From positions 1 to 55,968 of the forward strand of contig JBBDHZ010000292.1 of the NCBI GenBank assembly GCA_040880645.1: a stretch of 55,968 bases of DNA, in the 5' to 3' direction. The number at the start of each line of letters is the position of its first letter. The stretch's first letter is position 1. The notes beneath the pieces are model-generated. The model did no database searches and was not told the DNA's origin. It saw only the letters and a list, made by a program, of their open reading frames with translations. A program made the translations under genes and the position numbers. The stretch is from Minisyncoccota bacterium. GTDB taxonomy: Bacteria; Patescibacteriota; Minisyncoccia; Phycocordibacterales; CSBR16-193. This document shows, piece after piece, positions 38,844-48,496 of this stretch.

Positions 38844-39639
38844 TGTGCACCTCGGAGGTGCACAAACTTCTCTTTCTTTATTCCAAGGCAAGGTCACCAA
38901 GACTGTTTGTTCGCTCGGTGTAATGCGTTATGTAATCCTGAGCATCTTTTATAAACTGATCGGGAGTGCCGTATACTGTTTTAAGCACATCCGGCTCAAC
39001 AATCGGCGAATGTCGGCCGCCAGCATACTCAGGAAAAGAACTAAAACTATCTGCCGTGGCCCACTTAATTGCATTGGTGAAACTCATAGCCGCACCTTTG
39101 ATGCCGCCTTTTGGATATCGCTCCATAACATTTTTAGCCATTACATATAACCCCACGTTACGCATATCAGCATCTGTTTTAATAAGCCGACTTTTATAGG
39201 GCCCCTGAAAAATAGTACCTGCCCCACCAAACCTTTGGTTATATGACTTACTCATACTATCTCCAAACCGTTGCATAAACTCTGATATGCCACCTTCTCG
39301 TGTCTCATTTAGGATTATGTGAAGGTGATTTTTATGGAGGGCAAAAGCGAGGACAGATGTGATCGGATCACGTACTGGCCACTCCTCCAACCAATGGAAT
39401 GGGTTTTTATTTTGTTTAGTGACGGACCGCTTCCAGTTACGTATACTGTGTGAATCGTTGAGATAATAGAGAAGCTGAGCACAGTGCCACCAGTCTGCCT
39501 GTCTGTGTAAGTATGCCATACCACGTGCGCCGCGAAGCACTATGTGATGATATGTGTGCAGGGCAATATCTGGACGTCGCATATAGCTATATTTTACCAT
39601 TTTACCATCACCCTGTGCACCTCGGAGGTGCACAGGGTG
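38844..39639 (-). mobile_element. IS200/RAYT-like element: Y1 transposase bounded by identical palindromes
   Basis: TGTGCACCTCGGAGGTGCACA at 38844-38864 and 39614-39634; the interior is visibly more AT-rich than the flanks. Confidence 0.75.
38878..39582 (-). CDS. Y1 (HUH) tyrosine transposase, REP-associated (RAYT)-like
   Basis: YHHIVLRG, LAFAL..NHLHII (HUH), ISEFMQ, YNQR...G.IFQG.YKS, YV..N and SS..EY. Confidence 0.85.
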   Translation of the reverse strand: MRRPDIALHTYHHIVLRGARGMAYLHRQADWWHCAQLLYYLNDSHSIRNWKRSVTKQNKNPFHWLEEWPVRDPITSVLAFALHKNHLHIILNETREGGISEFMQRFGDSMSKSYNQRFGGAGTIFQGPYKSRLIKTDADMRNVGLYVMAKNVMERYPKGGIKGAAMSFTNAIKWATADSFSSFPEYAGGRHSPIVEPDVLKTVYGTPDQFIKDAQDYITHYTERTNSLGDLALE

Positions 39640-39710
39640 TGGAAAGGGGTTTACTGTACGGGGTCTACTTCATCTAGGAAATTGGGGGTGGGAGTCACCA
39701 GGTGTGGGAG

Positions 39711-41723
39711 TCACCACTCGATCCGGACGATCGGGTCATCATCAAGGAGGCCGCCGGTGTTGCTGTATTCCTCCGGCTCGTCGCGCTCGGCCAGCGTGTC
39801 GTCGATATCTTCAAGAAATTCGGAAGGGAGTTGGAAATTGGTCTGGCCGAAGATCGTACGCATTCCGGCGTAGGTCAGGTACAGCTTGGCCCGGGCACGG
39901 GTCAAGGCAACGTAAAACAGTCGCCGTTCTTCTTCTTGTTCGCCGAGCTCTTCACGCGACTGAGGGAAGAGGTCCTGCTCAAGCCCAACCACAAATACCC
40001 GATCGAACTCAAGCCCTTTGGCGGCGTGGACGGTCATCAACTTCACCCCGTCCTTCTTCTCAGCCAACTGGTCCTGGTCCGACGCCAGGGCCGCGTCTGA
40101 GAGCAACATCTCGATCCCCTCTTCCGGCCCCAGCCGGTCGTATTTTTGAGCCAGGTTCGCCAGCTCGTACATATTGGCTCGCCGTTCTTCGGCATCGTCG
40201 GTTCCCTCAGCTTTAAGGGCGGCGTCGAGGCCGGATTCACGGATCACGTAGCTCACGAGCTCCGACGGGACCGCTTCCTGAGCCATTTTGCGAATATTTT
40301 CCAGGATCGCGCGGAACTTCTCCGCCGCGATCCGCTGTTTGGGGCCGAGCTCGCTGTCTTTGTACTCGATCATTCGCATCATCGTCGCCTTGCCGATCCC
40401 TCGGGTCGGGGTGTTCACGACGCGCTTAAAATCAGTGATCGACGAGGGGTTGAGGGCGGTTTTGATGTACCCGATAACATCCTTCACCTCCTTACGCTCA
40501 AAAAACCGTGTGCCGAGCACCTGGTACGGTACGTTCCGCGTAAGCATCGCCTCCTCAAGCGCACGCGACTGTACGTTGGTTCGGTACAAAACCGCGATTT
40601 CCTCGGCCGGCACGCCAGCGGCGATCAGCTTGCTCGCCTCGCTCGCGACGTACGCGGCCTCGTCGCTTTCGTTTCGAAAACCGCTCACCGCGATCAACTC
40701 ACCGCCGGTGTTTTGGGTAAAGAGACGCTTGTCCTTGCGAAATTGATTCTTCTCGATCACCTGATTGGCGGCCTGGATAATAACCTGGGTGGAGCGGTAG
40801 TTCTCCTCTAACAGAACGGTTTCGGCCTCCGGGTAATCCTGCTCAAACGTGAGAATATTCTTGATCTGGGCGCCGCGCCAGGAATAGATCGTCTGATCGA
40901 CGTCGCCCACCACGCAGATATTACGGTGTTTCTTGGCCAGGATCTGGGCGATACGGTACTGAACGTGATTGGTGTCTTGGTACTCATCGATGTGAATGTA
41001 CCGCCAGAGGTCTTGGTAGAACTCGCGAACCTCCGCATCCCGCTCGAGGAGCTGGAGTGTTTTGAGTAGAAGATCATCAAAATCAAGCGCTTTTTCGTCG
41101 GCCAGCAGCGTAGCGTACCGCTCCCAGACCTCACCGGCCGCCCGGCGCATCGGTGAATCCATCTCCTGCGCTCGGAACACATCAACATCCATCGCCTCTC
41201 CTTTGGCCCGAGAGATCATCCCGAGGATCTTGCCCGGTTCAAACTGCTTAGGGTCGTAGTCCGCCGCTTTCAGCGCGTCCCGGACCGCGCGTTTGGAGTC
41301 AGAGCGGTCGTAAATAGAGAAGTGCTTGGGAATACCTAGCCGCGCTGCGTTTGCCCGCAGAATATACACCCCGAGCGCGTGAAATGTAGAGACGAACGGC
41401 ATACCACCCGCCACCGTCCGGCCCGCTCCCGTGACCGGCTGATTCAAGCGCTGATCGGTGCTTAGCTGAAGCCCGACCCGCTCTTTCATCTCCCCCGCTG
41501 CTTTGTTGGTGAACGTAATCGCGAGGATGCTCTCCGGTGCGGTACCGTGGGCGATAATGTGAGCGATCCGCGAGACCAGTGTTTTGGTTTTTCCGGCGCC
41601 GGCACCCGCGATAACGAGAAGCGGGCCGTCGATGTGCTCTACCGCCTGTTGTTGTTGGGGATTAAGTTGAATTACAGGAGCAGCCGACGCGCCACCGGTC
41701 TCTCCGGGAGTATTTTCACTCAT
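39711..41723 (-). CDS. pcrA: ATP-dependent DNA helicase UvrD/PcrA
   Basis: AGAGAGKT, TFTNKAA.EM, DEYQDTN, LEENYRST, MTVHAAKGLEF and EERRLFYVALTRA. Confidence 0.95.
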   Translation of the reverse strand: MSENTPGETGGASAAPVIQLNPQQQQAVEHIDGPLLVIAGAGAGKTKTLVSRIAHIIAHGTAPESILAITFTNKAAGEMKERVGLQLSTDQRLNQPVTGAGRTVAGGMPFVSTFHALGVYILRANAARLGIPKHFSIYDRSDSKRAVRDALKAADYDPKQFEPGKILGMISRAKGEAMDVDVFRAQEMDSPMRRAAGEVWERYATLLADEKALDFDDLLLKTLQLLERDAEVREFYQDLWRYIHIDEYQDTNHVQYRIAQILAKKHRNICVVGDVDQTIYSWRGAQIKNILTFEQDYPEAETVLLEENYRSTQVIIQAANQVIEKNQFRKDKRLFTQNTGGELIAVSGFRNESDEAAYVASEASKLIAAGVPAEEIAVLYRTNVQSRALEEAMLTRNVPYQVLGTRFFERKEVKDVIGYIKTALNPSSITDFKRVVNTPTRGIGKATMMRMIEYKDSELGPKQRIAAEKFRAILENIRKMAQEAVPSELVSYVIRESGLDAALKAEGTDDAEERRANMYELANLAQKYDRLGPEEGIEMLLSDAALASDQDQLAEKKDGVKLMTVHAAKGLEFDRVFVVGLEQDLFPQSREELGEQEEERRLFYVALTRARAKLYLTYAGMRTIFGQTNFQLPSEFLEDIDDTLAERDEPEEYSNTGGLLDDDPIVRIEW

Positions 41724-41942
41724 ACCGGCCTATCGTAGCACATTTTCGCTATACACAATGACCGATTGACTTACCGGGTCAGTGCGCTAGAATAGCCAGC
41801 GTACTTGGAAGAAGCTTGGGAGAGACTGTGCGGGCACGAACGACTAAAGACTCGGCACATACGCACTATTGTTCGATAATTAACGCCTATTTTACCCACC
41901 CAGAAGGACCCTGATCCTCTGCATACGGACGAATCGGATCAG

Positions 41943-43043
41943 GTGACACACCGAAGTATCAGCTCATTGAGTAAAATCGCTGTGGCGGCGGCACTCATCG
42001 GGAGTTTTGGTGTTGGCGCGGTTCCCCGCTCGGTTGAGGCGGGGTTCTTTTCGTTTATCCGGGGGATGCAGGAGAAACGAGAGACAAAACCGAACTCATC
42101 CAGTAACTCATTTACCGCCATTGACCGCCCGAACAGCCAAACAATGAACCTGCTTCAGGCCCCTCGAAATGTTAACCCGGGAAGCATCGCCCAGGGTGGC
42201 GGTGATATTTTCATCATCGGAAACGAAGCGCTCTCCCCGGGAAGCCGCTCTGACGGCCCTGATCGAGACGATGTGAGTGATGATAGAGGACGTATTCGTG
42301 AGTATGTGGTGCGTGAAGGTGACTCGCTCTCTCGGATCGCCGAGATGTTTGATGTATCGGTCAACACAATCCGCTGGAGCAACGATATCGGCGCGAACGG
42401 CAACATCAGGATCGGTCAGAAGCTGATCATTCTTCCGATCACCGGTATTCAGTACGTTGTCGAGAGCGGCGACTCCCTCAGCACGATCGCCGAGGAGTTT
42501 GGAGGGGATGTGGACGAAATACGCGAATTTAACCGCCTGAATGACGACGATGTGCTGCTTATCGGGGACGAGGTGATCATTCCGAACGGCGAGATCAAGC
42601 AATCACCACAGCGATCAGGTACTCCAAGCGCTCCCGCCCCGCGCGCACCACGAACCAATCCGGCACCAAGCAGTGGATACTACGCCCACCCCGCTCCGGG
42701 CGCGATCGTGACCCAGCGAACGCACGGTTATAACGGTATTGACTTTGGAGCCGGATACGGCACCCCGATCGTAGCCTCTGCCCGGGGAACGGTTATAATC
42801 TCCCGCACTGGCTGGAACGGCGGGTACGGAACGTATGTTGTTATCGATCACGCAAACGGTACCCAGACCCTCTACGCCCACAACTCACAAAACACTGTAT
42901 CGGTCGGCCAAAGTGTTGAACAAGGTCAGGTTATTGCGTATATGGGCTCAACTGGACGCTCTACCGGAAATCACGTTCACTTCGAAGTTCGCGGAGCAAC
43001 GAACCCGTTTGCCTCGTGCGGCCTGAGAACACAGTGTCGCTAA
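41943..43043 (+). CDS. LysM-LysM-M23 peptidoglycan endopeptidase
   Basis: Two LysM repeats (YVVREGDSLS.IA); M23 motifs H.YNGID, YAH and GRSTGNHVHFEV. Confidence 0.92.
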   Translation: MTHRSISSLSKIAVAAALIGSFGVGAVPRSVEAGFFSFIRGMQEKRETKPNSSSNSFTAIDRPNSQTMNLLQAPRNVNPGSIAQGGGDIFIIGNEALSPGSRSDGPDRDDVSDDRGRIREYVVREGDSLSRIAEMFDVSVNTIRWSNDIGANGNIRIGQKLIILPITGIQYVVESGDSLSTIAEEFGGDVDEIREFNRLNDDDVLLIGDEVIIPNGEIKQSPQRSGTPSAPAPRAPRTNPAPSSGYYAHPAPGAIVTQRTHGYNGIDFGAGYGTPIVASARGTVIISRTGWNGGYGTYVVIDHANGTQTLYAHNSQNTVSVGQSVEQGQVIAYMGSTGRSTGNHVHFEVRGATNPFASCGLRTQCR

Positions 43044-43099
43044 CCCGCCCACAAAACACGCCACTCCTGCGAGTCATCCCGCTTCAACGCGGTTTTTTG

Positions 43100-43546
43100 T
43101 TATCACGTGACACAGTAGCTCTTTAAAATATCTTAAAACACGGTTATTTTGTTTAATAAACCACACCTTCCCGCTCTCAAAATACCGGACACGCATTGTA
43201 TGTATCAAAAGTATTTGATCACTTTCTCACCTAATCGTTCTCTATTCCATTCCCGGACCGGTGTTTGCGAATCCGGTAGATCACTCTCCCCAGACACCGT
43301 TCTTTGTATAGATGTTTTTAAATGAGCTCTATTATAGCTGTGGGTATGTGTAGAAGAACACTCCTACACCTTTGTTGAGCTGGTAAATAAAGATTTGATG
43401 GTGGGGATACCGATAGGAAGTTACGGGAATAGTGGGTATAACTTTTAGAAATAGAGCGCACTATCCCCGTTTTACTCTCTTCTCTCCCTCTATTATCCCC
43501 TCGAAATAAACATACAGTACCCACTTCTTCCCCGGAGTTATCCCCG
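43100..43546. other. Candidate replication origin (oriC)
   Basis: About 500-bp AT-rich non-coding gap with ~7 degenerate DnaA boxes; apparent switch from C-rich to G-rich top strand. Confidence 0.6.
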
Positions 43547-45079
43547 TTACACGGTTTGCGGGCGGTACGTGATCGCCTCATATATGTGCTCCGGCAGAAC
43601 ATCCCTACTCTCTTCCAGGTCGGCGATGGTTCGGGCTACCCGGGCGACTTTGTAGAATCCACGAGCAGAAAGATCGTAGTGTTGGGCGGTCTCGGTAAGG
43701 AGTGTGTGAGAATCGGGGTTGAAATGACCGTGTTCGATGATCTCTCGCGAGGAAAGCTCTTTATTCACCGTTGTGGCAAGACCGTGCTGTTCTGCCCGTT
43801 CGTGCATACACTCACGGGCCCGGGCAACCCGTTCTCGCAGAGTAGCGGTGCTTTCCGACGGAGTTGAGTAGTCACTGAGGCGAGAGTGGTCAACTTCGGC
43901 AACCGTGAGCCAGATATCGATCCGATCAACGATCGGTCCGGAGAGTTTTTGTTGGTAACGGGCGAGTTGATGAGCGCTGCAGCGGCAGATCTTTCCTTCG
44001 GTCCCGTAATTACCGCACGGACACGGATTCATTGCGGCAACCAAGAGGAAATTAGCCGGAAATGTGGCGTGTCCGGCGGTCCGGGCTACGGTTATTGAGC
44101 GGTTCTCGAGTGGCTGGCGCAGGGATTCAACAACTCGCCGGTCAAATTCCGGAAATTCATCGAGAAACAAAACACCGTGGTGCGCGAGCGTGATCTCGCC
44201 CGGCTTCGGCAGGGCGCCGCCGCCGATGAGTGCCGTGTACGAAGAGGTGTGATGGGGTGAACGAAACGGCCGCTCGCGTATGATCGGCTCGTCCGAGAGC
44301 TCTCCGGCAACGGAATGAATAGCGGTTATCTCCAGAGATTCCTCGAAGGTCGGCTGAGGAAGAAGCGAGCGAAAGGCTTGGGCCAGCATCGTTTTGCCGG
44401 TGCCGGGCGGCCCGCTCATCGCTACGTTGTGTCCGCCCGCCGCGGCAATCTCTAAACCGCGCTTTGCGGACTCCTGCCCGCGCACCTCGGCCATATCAAG
44501 CGACGGTACGGGAGAAGGGTTGACCGCTGTTTGGGGGGCCTCTTCAGGGCTTCGGGTCAGCTCGCCCGTGATCAGAGAAACAAGCTCGGTGAGGTTGGCG
44601 ACGCCGTACACATCTATACCACTCACCAGCGCGGCTTCTGCCGCGTTCTCACGGGGGACATAGAGTGTTGTGAAGCCGTGATCCCGGGCGTACGTAGCCA
44701 GTGACAGTGCCCCGGCGATCGGGCGGGTGCTTCCGTCAAGCGAGAGCTCGCCGGCGATACAGGCGGTGTCGGTGTCTGCCTCAAGTGTCTCGATCGCGGT
44801 TAGATACGCGACCGCGATCGCGCAGTCAAATACCGAGCCCTCCTTTTTGCTGTGGGCCGGGGCAAGCGAGACGATTACTTTGTGATTTTGTTGTTTTGGT
44901 GAAGGGTAGCCGCTGTTTTTTAAGGCGGCGGACACACGGTCGCGGGCCTCTTCAACCGCTTTATCCGGCAGTCCCACGATCGAGAACGCGTACAACCCTT
45001 GGGTAATATCCACTTCGATACGAACCGGTTGTGCTTCAAGAAGGCGTACTTGGGCGCTGTGGATTCGGGCAACATTCAT
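43547..45079 (-). CDS. comM: YifB/ComM Mg-chelatase-like AAA+ ATPase
   Basis: IVGLPDKAVEEARDRV, GPPGTGKTMLA, RPFRSPHHT, GVLFLDEFPEF and AAMNPCPCG. Confidence 0.93.
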   Translation of the reverse strand: MNVARIHSAQVRLLEAQPVRIEVDITQGLYAFSIVGLPDKAVEEARDRVSAALKNSGYPSPKQQNHKVIVSLAPAHSKKEGSVFDCAIAVAYLTAIETLEADTDTACIAGELSLDGSTRPIAGALSLATYARDHGFTTLYVPRENAAEAALVSGIDVYGVANLTELVSLITGELTRSPEEAPQTAVNPSPVPSLDMAEVRGQESAKRGLEIAAAGGHNVAMSGPPGTGKTMLAQAFRSLLPQPTFEESLEITAIHSVAGELSDEPIIRERPFRSPHHTSSYTALIGGGALPKPGEITLAHHGVLFLDEFPEFDRRVVESLRQPLENRSITVARTAGHATFPANFLLVAAMNPCPCGNYGTEGKICRCSAHQLARYQQKLSGPIVDRIDIWLTVAEVDHSRLSDYSTPSESTATLRERVARARECMHERAEQHGLATTVNKELSSREIIEHGHFNPDSHTLLTETAQHYDLSARGFYKVARVARTIADLEESRDVLPEHIYEAITYRPQTV

Positions 45080-45144
45080 ATAGATCGTACGCTCTTGTGT
45101 ATGCCAAAAAACAGATACACACAACCCGCCAGAGCGGTGGCGGG

Positions 45145-45522
45145 TTAGATCTCCTCGATATCTGCCTTGCAGGTACGGGCGGCCGGATTTGCTTCCAGTC
45201 GTTCTTCCTCGATCTGTTTGCCGCACACTGTGCAAACGCTGTAGGTCCCCTCCTCAACGCGCTCCAGGGCATCTTTGACCTCATTGAACCGGATCTCGAG
45301 CTGTTCGAGGATCGCGACGTGCTCCCCGTACTCCTCGATGTCGTCGGCCTCTTCGTTCAGGTCCGCGGAGTGCGGCTGGCCCAGGTTGGCGGCCACGGCT
45401 TCCCAGTCGCTTGGGTTGTCGGGGTTGATCCTCCCGATACGCTGAAGTTCACTAACGAGCTCCTCCATCTCGTCCTCGAGCTTGCCTTTATAGTATCCTA
45501 CGTCGATAGTGTCGTCTGTCAT
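45145..45522 (-). CDS. DksA/TraR-family zinc-finger protein
   Basis: AL.RVEEGTYSVCTVCGKQIEEERLEANPAARTC. Confidence 0.88.
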   Translation of the reverse strand: MTDDTIDVGYYKGKLEDEMEELVSELQRIGRINPDNPSDWEAVAANLGQPHSADLNEEADDIEEYGEHVAILEQLEIRFNEVKDALERVEEGTYSVCTVCGKQIEEERLEANPAARTCKADIEEI

Positions 45523-45566
45523 AGACCCAGTATATCACGGAGCAAAAGAGAGCGTCCACCCGGATC

Positions 45567-46907
45567 CTACAGCCGCCGGGCGGTGCGGTACACCGTGATC
45601 GCCCGACGCAGTGTCTCCGTATCCGGCGCGATCACGATCGTGCGCGTGTCAATAAAGAGATACACAAGCACCTCACTGCCGTCTGCTGATCGGAGAGCGC
45701 GCGCATCTTTGTTGTCAACGATCACGTCGGTTGACTGAATACTCGGCGGAATCGGTCGCGCGGTGATGATTCCGGCGAGATCAGAGGTCATCGCGGGCTC
45801 CCAGGCGAGCATTGCCGGATAGACCTGTTCGTATGACGAGGTTGTAAGAATAAGAAACGGGCTGCTATCGGCGGTAAACGCACCGACAACAAACGCATCA
45901 TCGAGGTTTCGGGCAAGAACGGCCGGCACCCTCGATTCGATGATCTCCAGGAACGACGCTGCCGGGATCTGCTCGCCTCCCCCGGCGTTTCGGGTGAACA
46001 CAAAGACCGCAACATCATTGCGTGACCCGCCGGAGTGCGCGTCGATCGCGTCTTCCAGCGCATCGATGACGGCGGCGCGGTCTTTGCCGCGAATATCGAT
46101 CGGGACGGTTGACTGGCTCAGGATCAGGGTGTCGCTCGGGGTGATCATCGGCGTTTCGTCCGGGGCGAGAAAGACCAGGTAGCCGACCACAAGAAGCGAG
46201 ACCAGTCCCGCGGTCACGAGAACAAGGCTGGTGTAAAACACAAAAAGCTGACCGAATGATCGGGTTGATGGTTGTTCGGCGGACGCATTGTCTTTGTTCA
46301 GTCTAGCTTTACGCAGTCTGGCCTGGCGAATACTCGAAAGCGACGCCCCTTGTTTCTCTACGGTCTCCCGCGCGTCGCTTTCGTAGGTCTGGATCGAAGG
46401 CATTCGCCGGCGCTGACCGGCAGCGCTCGACGCCTCCGGCGCGCGTCGATCGGTGTCGGGGGCTGTGGGCGCGGACGCAGGCTCGCGTGGTGCCACCGGT
46501 GGCGGGGAAGGTTCAGGTACGGGCTGAGAGGTGTCCGCCGGGGTTTTATTTGCAATGGTGCGCGGATTCGGCGGTGCGGACGGCGGCGCTTCTGTTTTTT
46601 GCTCTAATTCGTGTTCCGGCTCTTGTTCCGGCTCGTACTCTTCGTACTCCGGCTCGGGGCGGTTGAGTGGGGTCGGCTCGGTCTGAGGCAGCTCGTCGTG
46701 GTCAATTGGCCGGGTTTTCTCCATAGCTTCGCCCGGGCTTCCTCCACCGGCACGTGTACGAAAATCCCGTGACGGGTCCGGCGCATCGGTATTCTCCGTT
46801 TCGTCCCTCACCCTGTTCTTGGTCGTTTGTGCAGGAGCGTGTCCGCTCAGGGCCGCTCGGGCACGGGCATGATCGGGGGTGCGGCGTGGTGGGTGTGGGT
46901 CGCTCAT
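45567..46907 (-). CDS. Hypothetical bitopic membrane protein
   Basis: Long P/E-rich disordered N-terminus, one TM, and a globular C-domain (MLAWE...DVIVDNKDARAL). Confidence 0.78.
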   Translation of the reverse strand: MSDPHPPRRTPDHARARAALSGHAPAQTTKNRVRDETENTDAPDPSRDFRTRAGGGSPGEAMEKTRPIDHDELPQTEPTPLNRPEPEYEEYEPEQEPEHELEQKTEAPPSAPPNPRTIANKTPADTSQPVPEPSPPPVAPREPASAPTAPDTDRRAPEASSAAGQRRRMPSIQTYESDARETVEKQGASLSSIRQARLRKARLNKDNASAEQPSTRSFGQLFVFYTSLVLVTAGLVSLLVVGYLVFLAPDETPMITPSDTLILSQSTVPIDIRGKDRAAVIDALEDAIDAHSGGSRNDVAVFVFTRNAGGGEQIPAASFLEIIESRVPAVLARNLDDAFVVGAFTADSSPFLILTTSSYEQVYPAMLAWEPAMTSDLAGIITARPIPPSIQSTDVIVDNKDARALRSADGSEVLVYLFIDTRTIVIAPDTETLRRAITVYRTARRL

Positions 46908-47008
46908 AGATACGGGGTTACTACGTTCAAAAAACGGCTCAAAATAGCTGTCTCGCGCTTCCAAACCGGGGAAAGAAATGAAGCGCTGCTTTGCGGTGTG
47001 ATGTCCGC

Positions 47009-48367
47009 TTATTCCCCATCCTCGGGTCGGAGCGCGTCGAGCTCGGTCAGGATCTCGTCCTCACGGCTTTCCAGTTGGCGGTACTCCGGCTTGAGCCGCT
47101 CGGTCTTGAGTTCAACACTTTCAAGCTCTTGCTGGAGTTCCCAGCGTTGCTGCTCAACCTCGTGGCGCTGCCGCTCCAGCTTCCATCGCTTTCGTTCGGC
47201 ATCGGCACGGGCGGTGGTGTCGGACGAGCGCTGCTCTTCTTCCAATACCTGCTTTTTCTCGTCCTCGAGCTGCTGCTCCCGGTCGGTCAGCGGAGCAAGT
47301 TTCGTGCGGATCTTATCCCGTTTACGGGAAAACTCGATCCAGGTGTCTTCGAGCTCGCGCTTTTTCGCGGTTATACTTTCGAGCTCGGCGATCAGCTGTC
47401 GTCCGCGCTTTTCTTCTTCAAGTATCTGTATTTCTTCAGCGAGCTCGTGCTTCTGCTCCTCGATCCGCCCGATCTCTTGGTGTACGTCGTTGATCTGGCT
47501 CTCGATATCGTCAAATTGCTCGCTTGTTTCCCAGTGTTTTTGCTTAAGGTCGTGCAGTTGCTGCTCCAGCTCCCAGCGTTGATTCTCAAGCTCGTGCCGT
47601 CTCTCCCCGCTTGCGCTTGTTTCCTGCTGCTCGATCGTGCTGATCTGCTGCTCAAGAGACTCTCGCTTCTCGGTGACCGGCTGGGCTTCCTCGCTCGCGG
47701 TCTGCTTGTGTTGTTTGAGGGTAGTGATCTTTTGGGCAAGGGGGGCGACCTTTTCGTCGAGCTCTTCGATCACCTGGCGCTTTCGTCGTATCTTTCGATC
47801 AATCGACTCAATGGTATTTTCTTCCGGCGGCGGTATTTTCTCGGGTGTCGGCTGTGTGGCCGGTGGTTCGTCGGCTACCGGTGTTTCCTCCGGCGTCGCT
47901 GTGGGTTGTGTTTTTGACTCCTCGTCGGGTTCCGGAGTCTGCTTCGCTTCGGGGTGTGGTTGTTTTGGGCTAGCGGAAGGAGTTTTTTGTTCCGCGGCCC
48001 GCTCGTTTTCTTCTATCGCCGCGAGCGGGCGATCCTCAACGTCCCGGTCGCTCGTTTTCTCTTGAAACGCCTGTTCGATCTCGGCCAAACTCTTGGCGCG
48101 ACTGGTGGCGGCCGCTTCTTTTTCGCCGGTTTCGGGTGAAGGGGCGTTCGGAACAGGTTGCTCGGCCGGGGAGGTGTCCGGCGTTTTGCCGGAGAGCACA
48201 TCTCGTGCCTGGGCCTGCTGCGGAGCCTGCTCGCCGGTTGCGGCGGATCGGGCCTTCTCGAGATCGTTATAGAACGTTCGCAGCTGCTGAAGTTTTGCGC
48301 TGTTCCCGGATTTTTTCGAGGGGGTTTTTGTACCTCCGGGTTGTTGGGTGCGTTGCTCGTCTGCCAT
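47009..48367 (-). CDS. Long coiled-coil protein with duplicated RWELE segments
   Basis: E/Q/K/R heptads; ENQRWELEQQ...KHWE and ERKRWKLERQRHEVEQQRWELQQ. Confidence 0.8.
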   Translation of the reverse strand: MADEQRTQQPGGTKTPSKKSGNSAKLQQLRTFYNDLEKARSAATGEQAPQQAQARDVLSGKTPDTSPAEQPVPNAPSPETGEKEAAATSRAKSLAEIEQAFQEKTSDRDVEDRPLAAIEENERAAEQKTPSASPKQPHPEAKQTPEPDEESKTQPTATPEETPVADEPPATQPTPEKIPPPEENTIESIDRKIRRKRQVIEELDEKVAPLAQKITTLKQHKQTASEEAQPVTEKRESLEQQISTIEQQETSASGERRHELENQRWELEQQLHDLKQKHWETSEQFDDIESQINDVHQEIGRIEEQKHELAEEIQILEEEKRGRQLIAELESITAKKRELEDTWIEFSRKRDKIRTKLAPLTDREQQLEDEKKQVLEEEQRSSDTTARADAERKRWKLERQRHEVEQQRWELQQELESVELKTERLKPEYRQLESREDEILTELDALRPEDGE

Positions 48368-48496
48368 ACAAGAACATTAGTGGTGAATACGTACCGCTGT
48401 GTACGAATAATACCTGCATTGTATCACGTCTTTGGGCTGCGCTACACAGGACAGATGTGTACGAGGCGTCTTCGGACCGACGGGCGTCAGTGCGCC

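Noticed and set aside
43318-43602. 94-aa minus-strand ORF in the AT-rich gap
   Set aside because: It overlaps the comM end, has no recognisable motif and coincides with the DnaA-box cluster.
46827-47917. Long plus-strand ORFs (251 and 308 aa)
   Set aside because: They are shadow frames of the E/Q/K-rich coiled-coil gene, with the Leu/Ser/Phe-rich composition typical of antisense.
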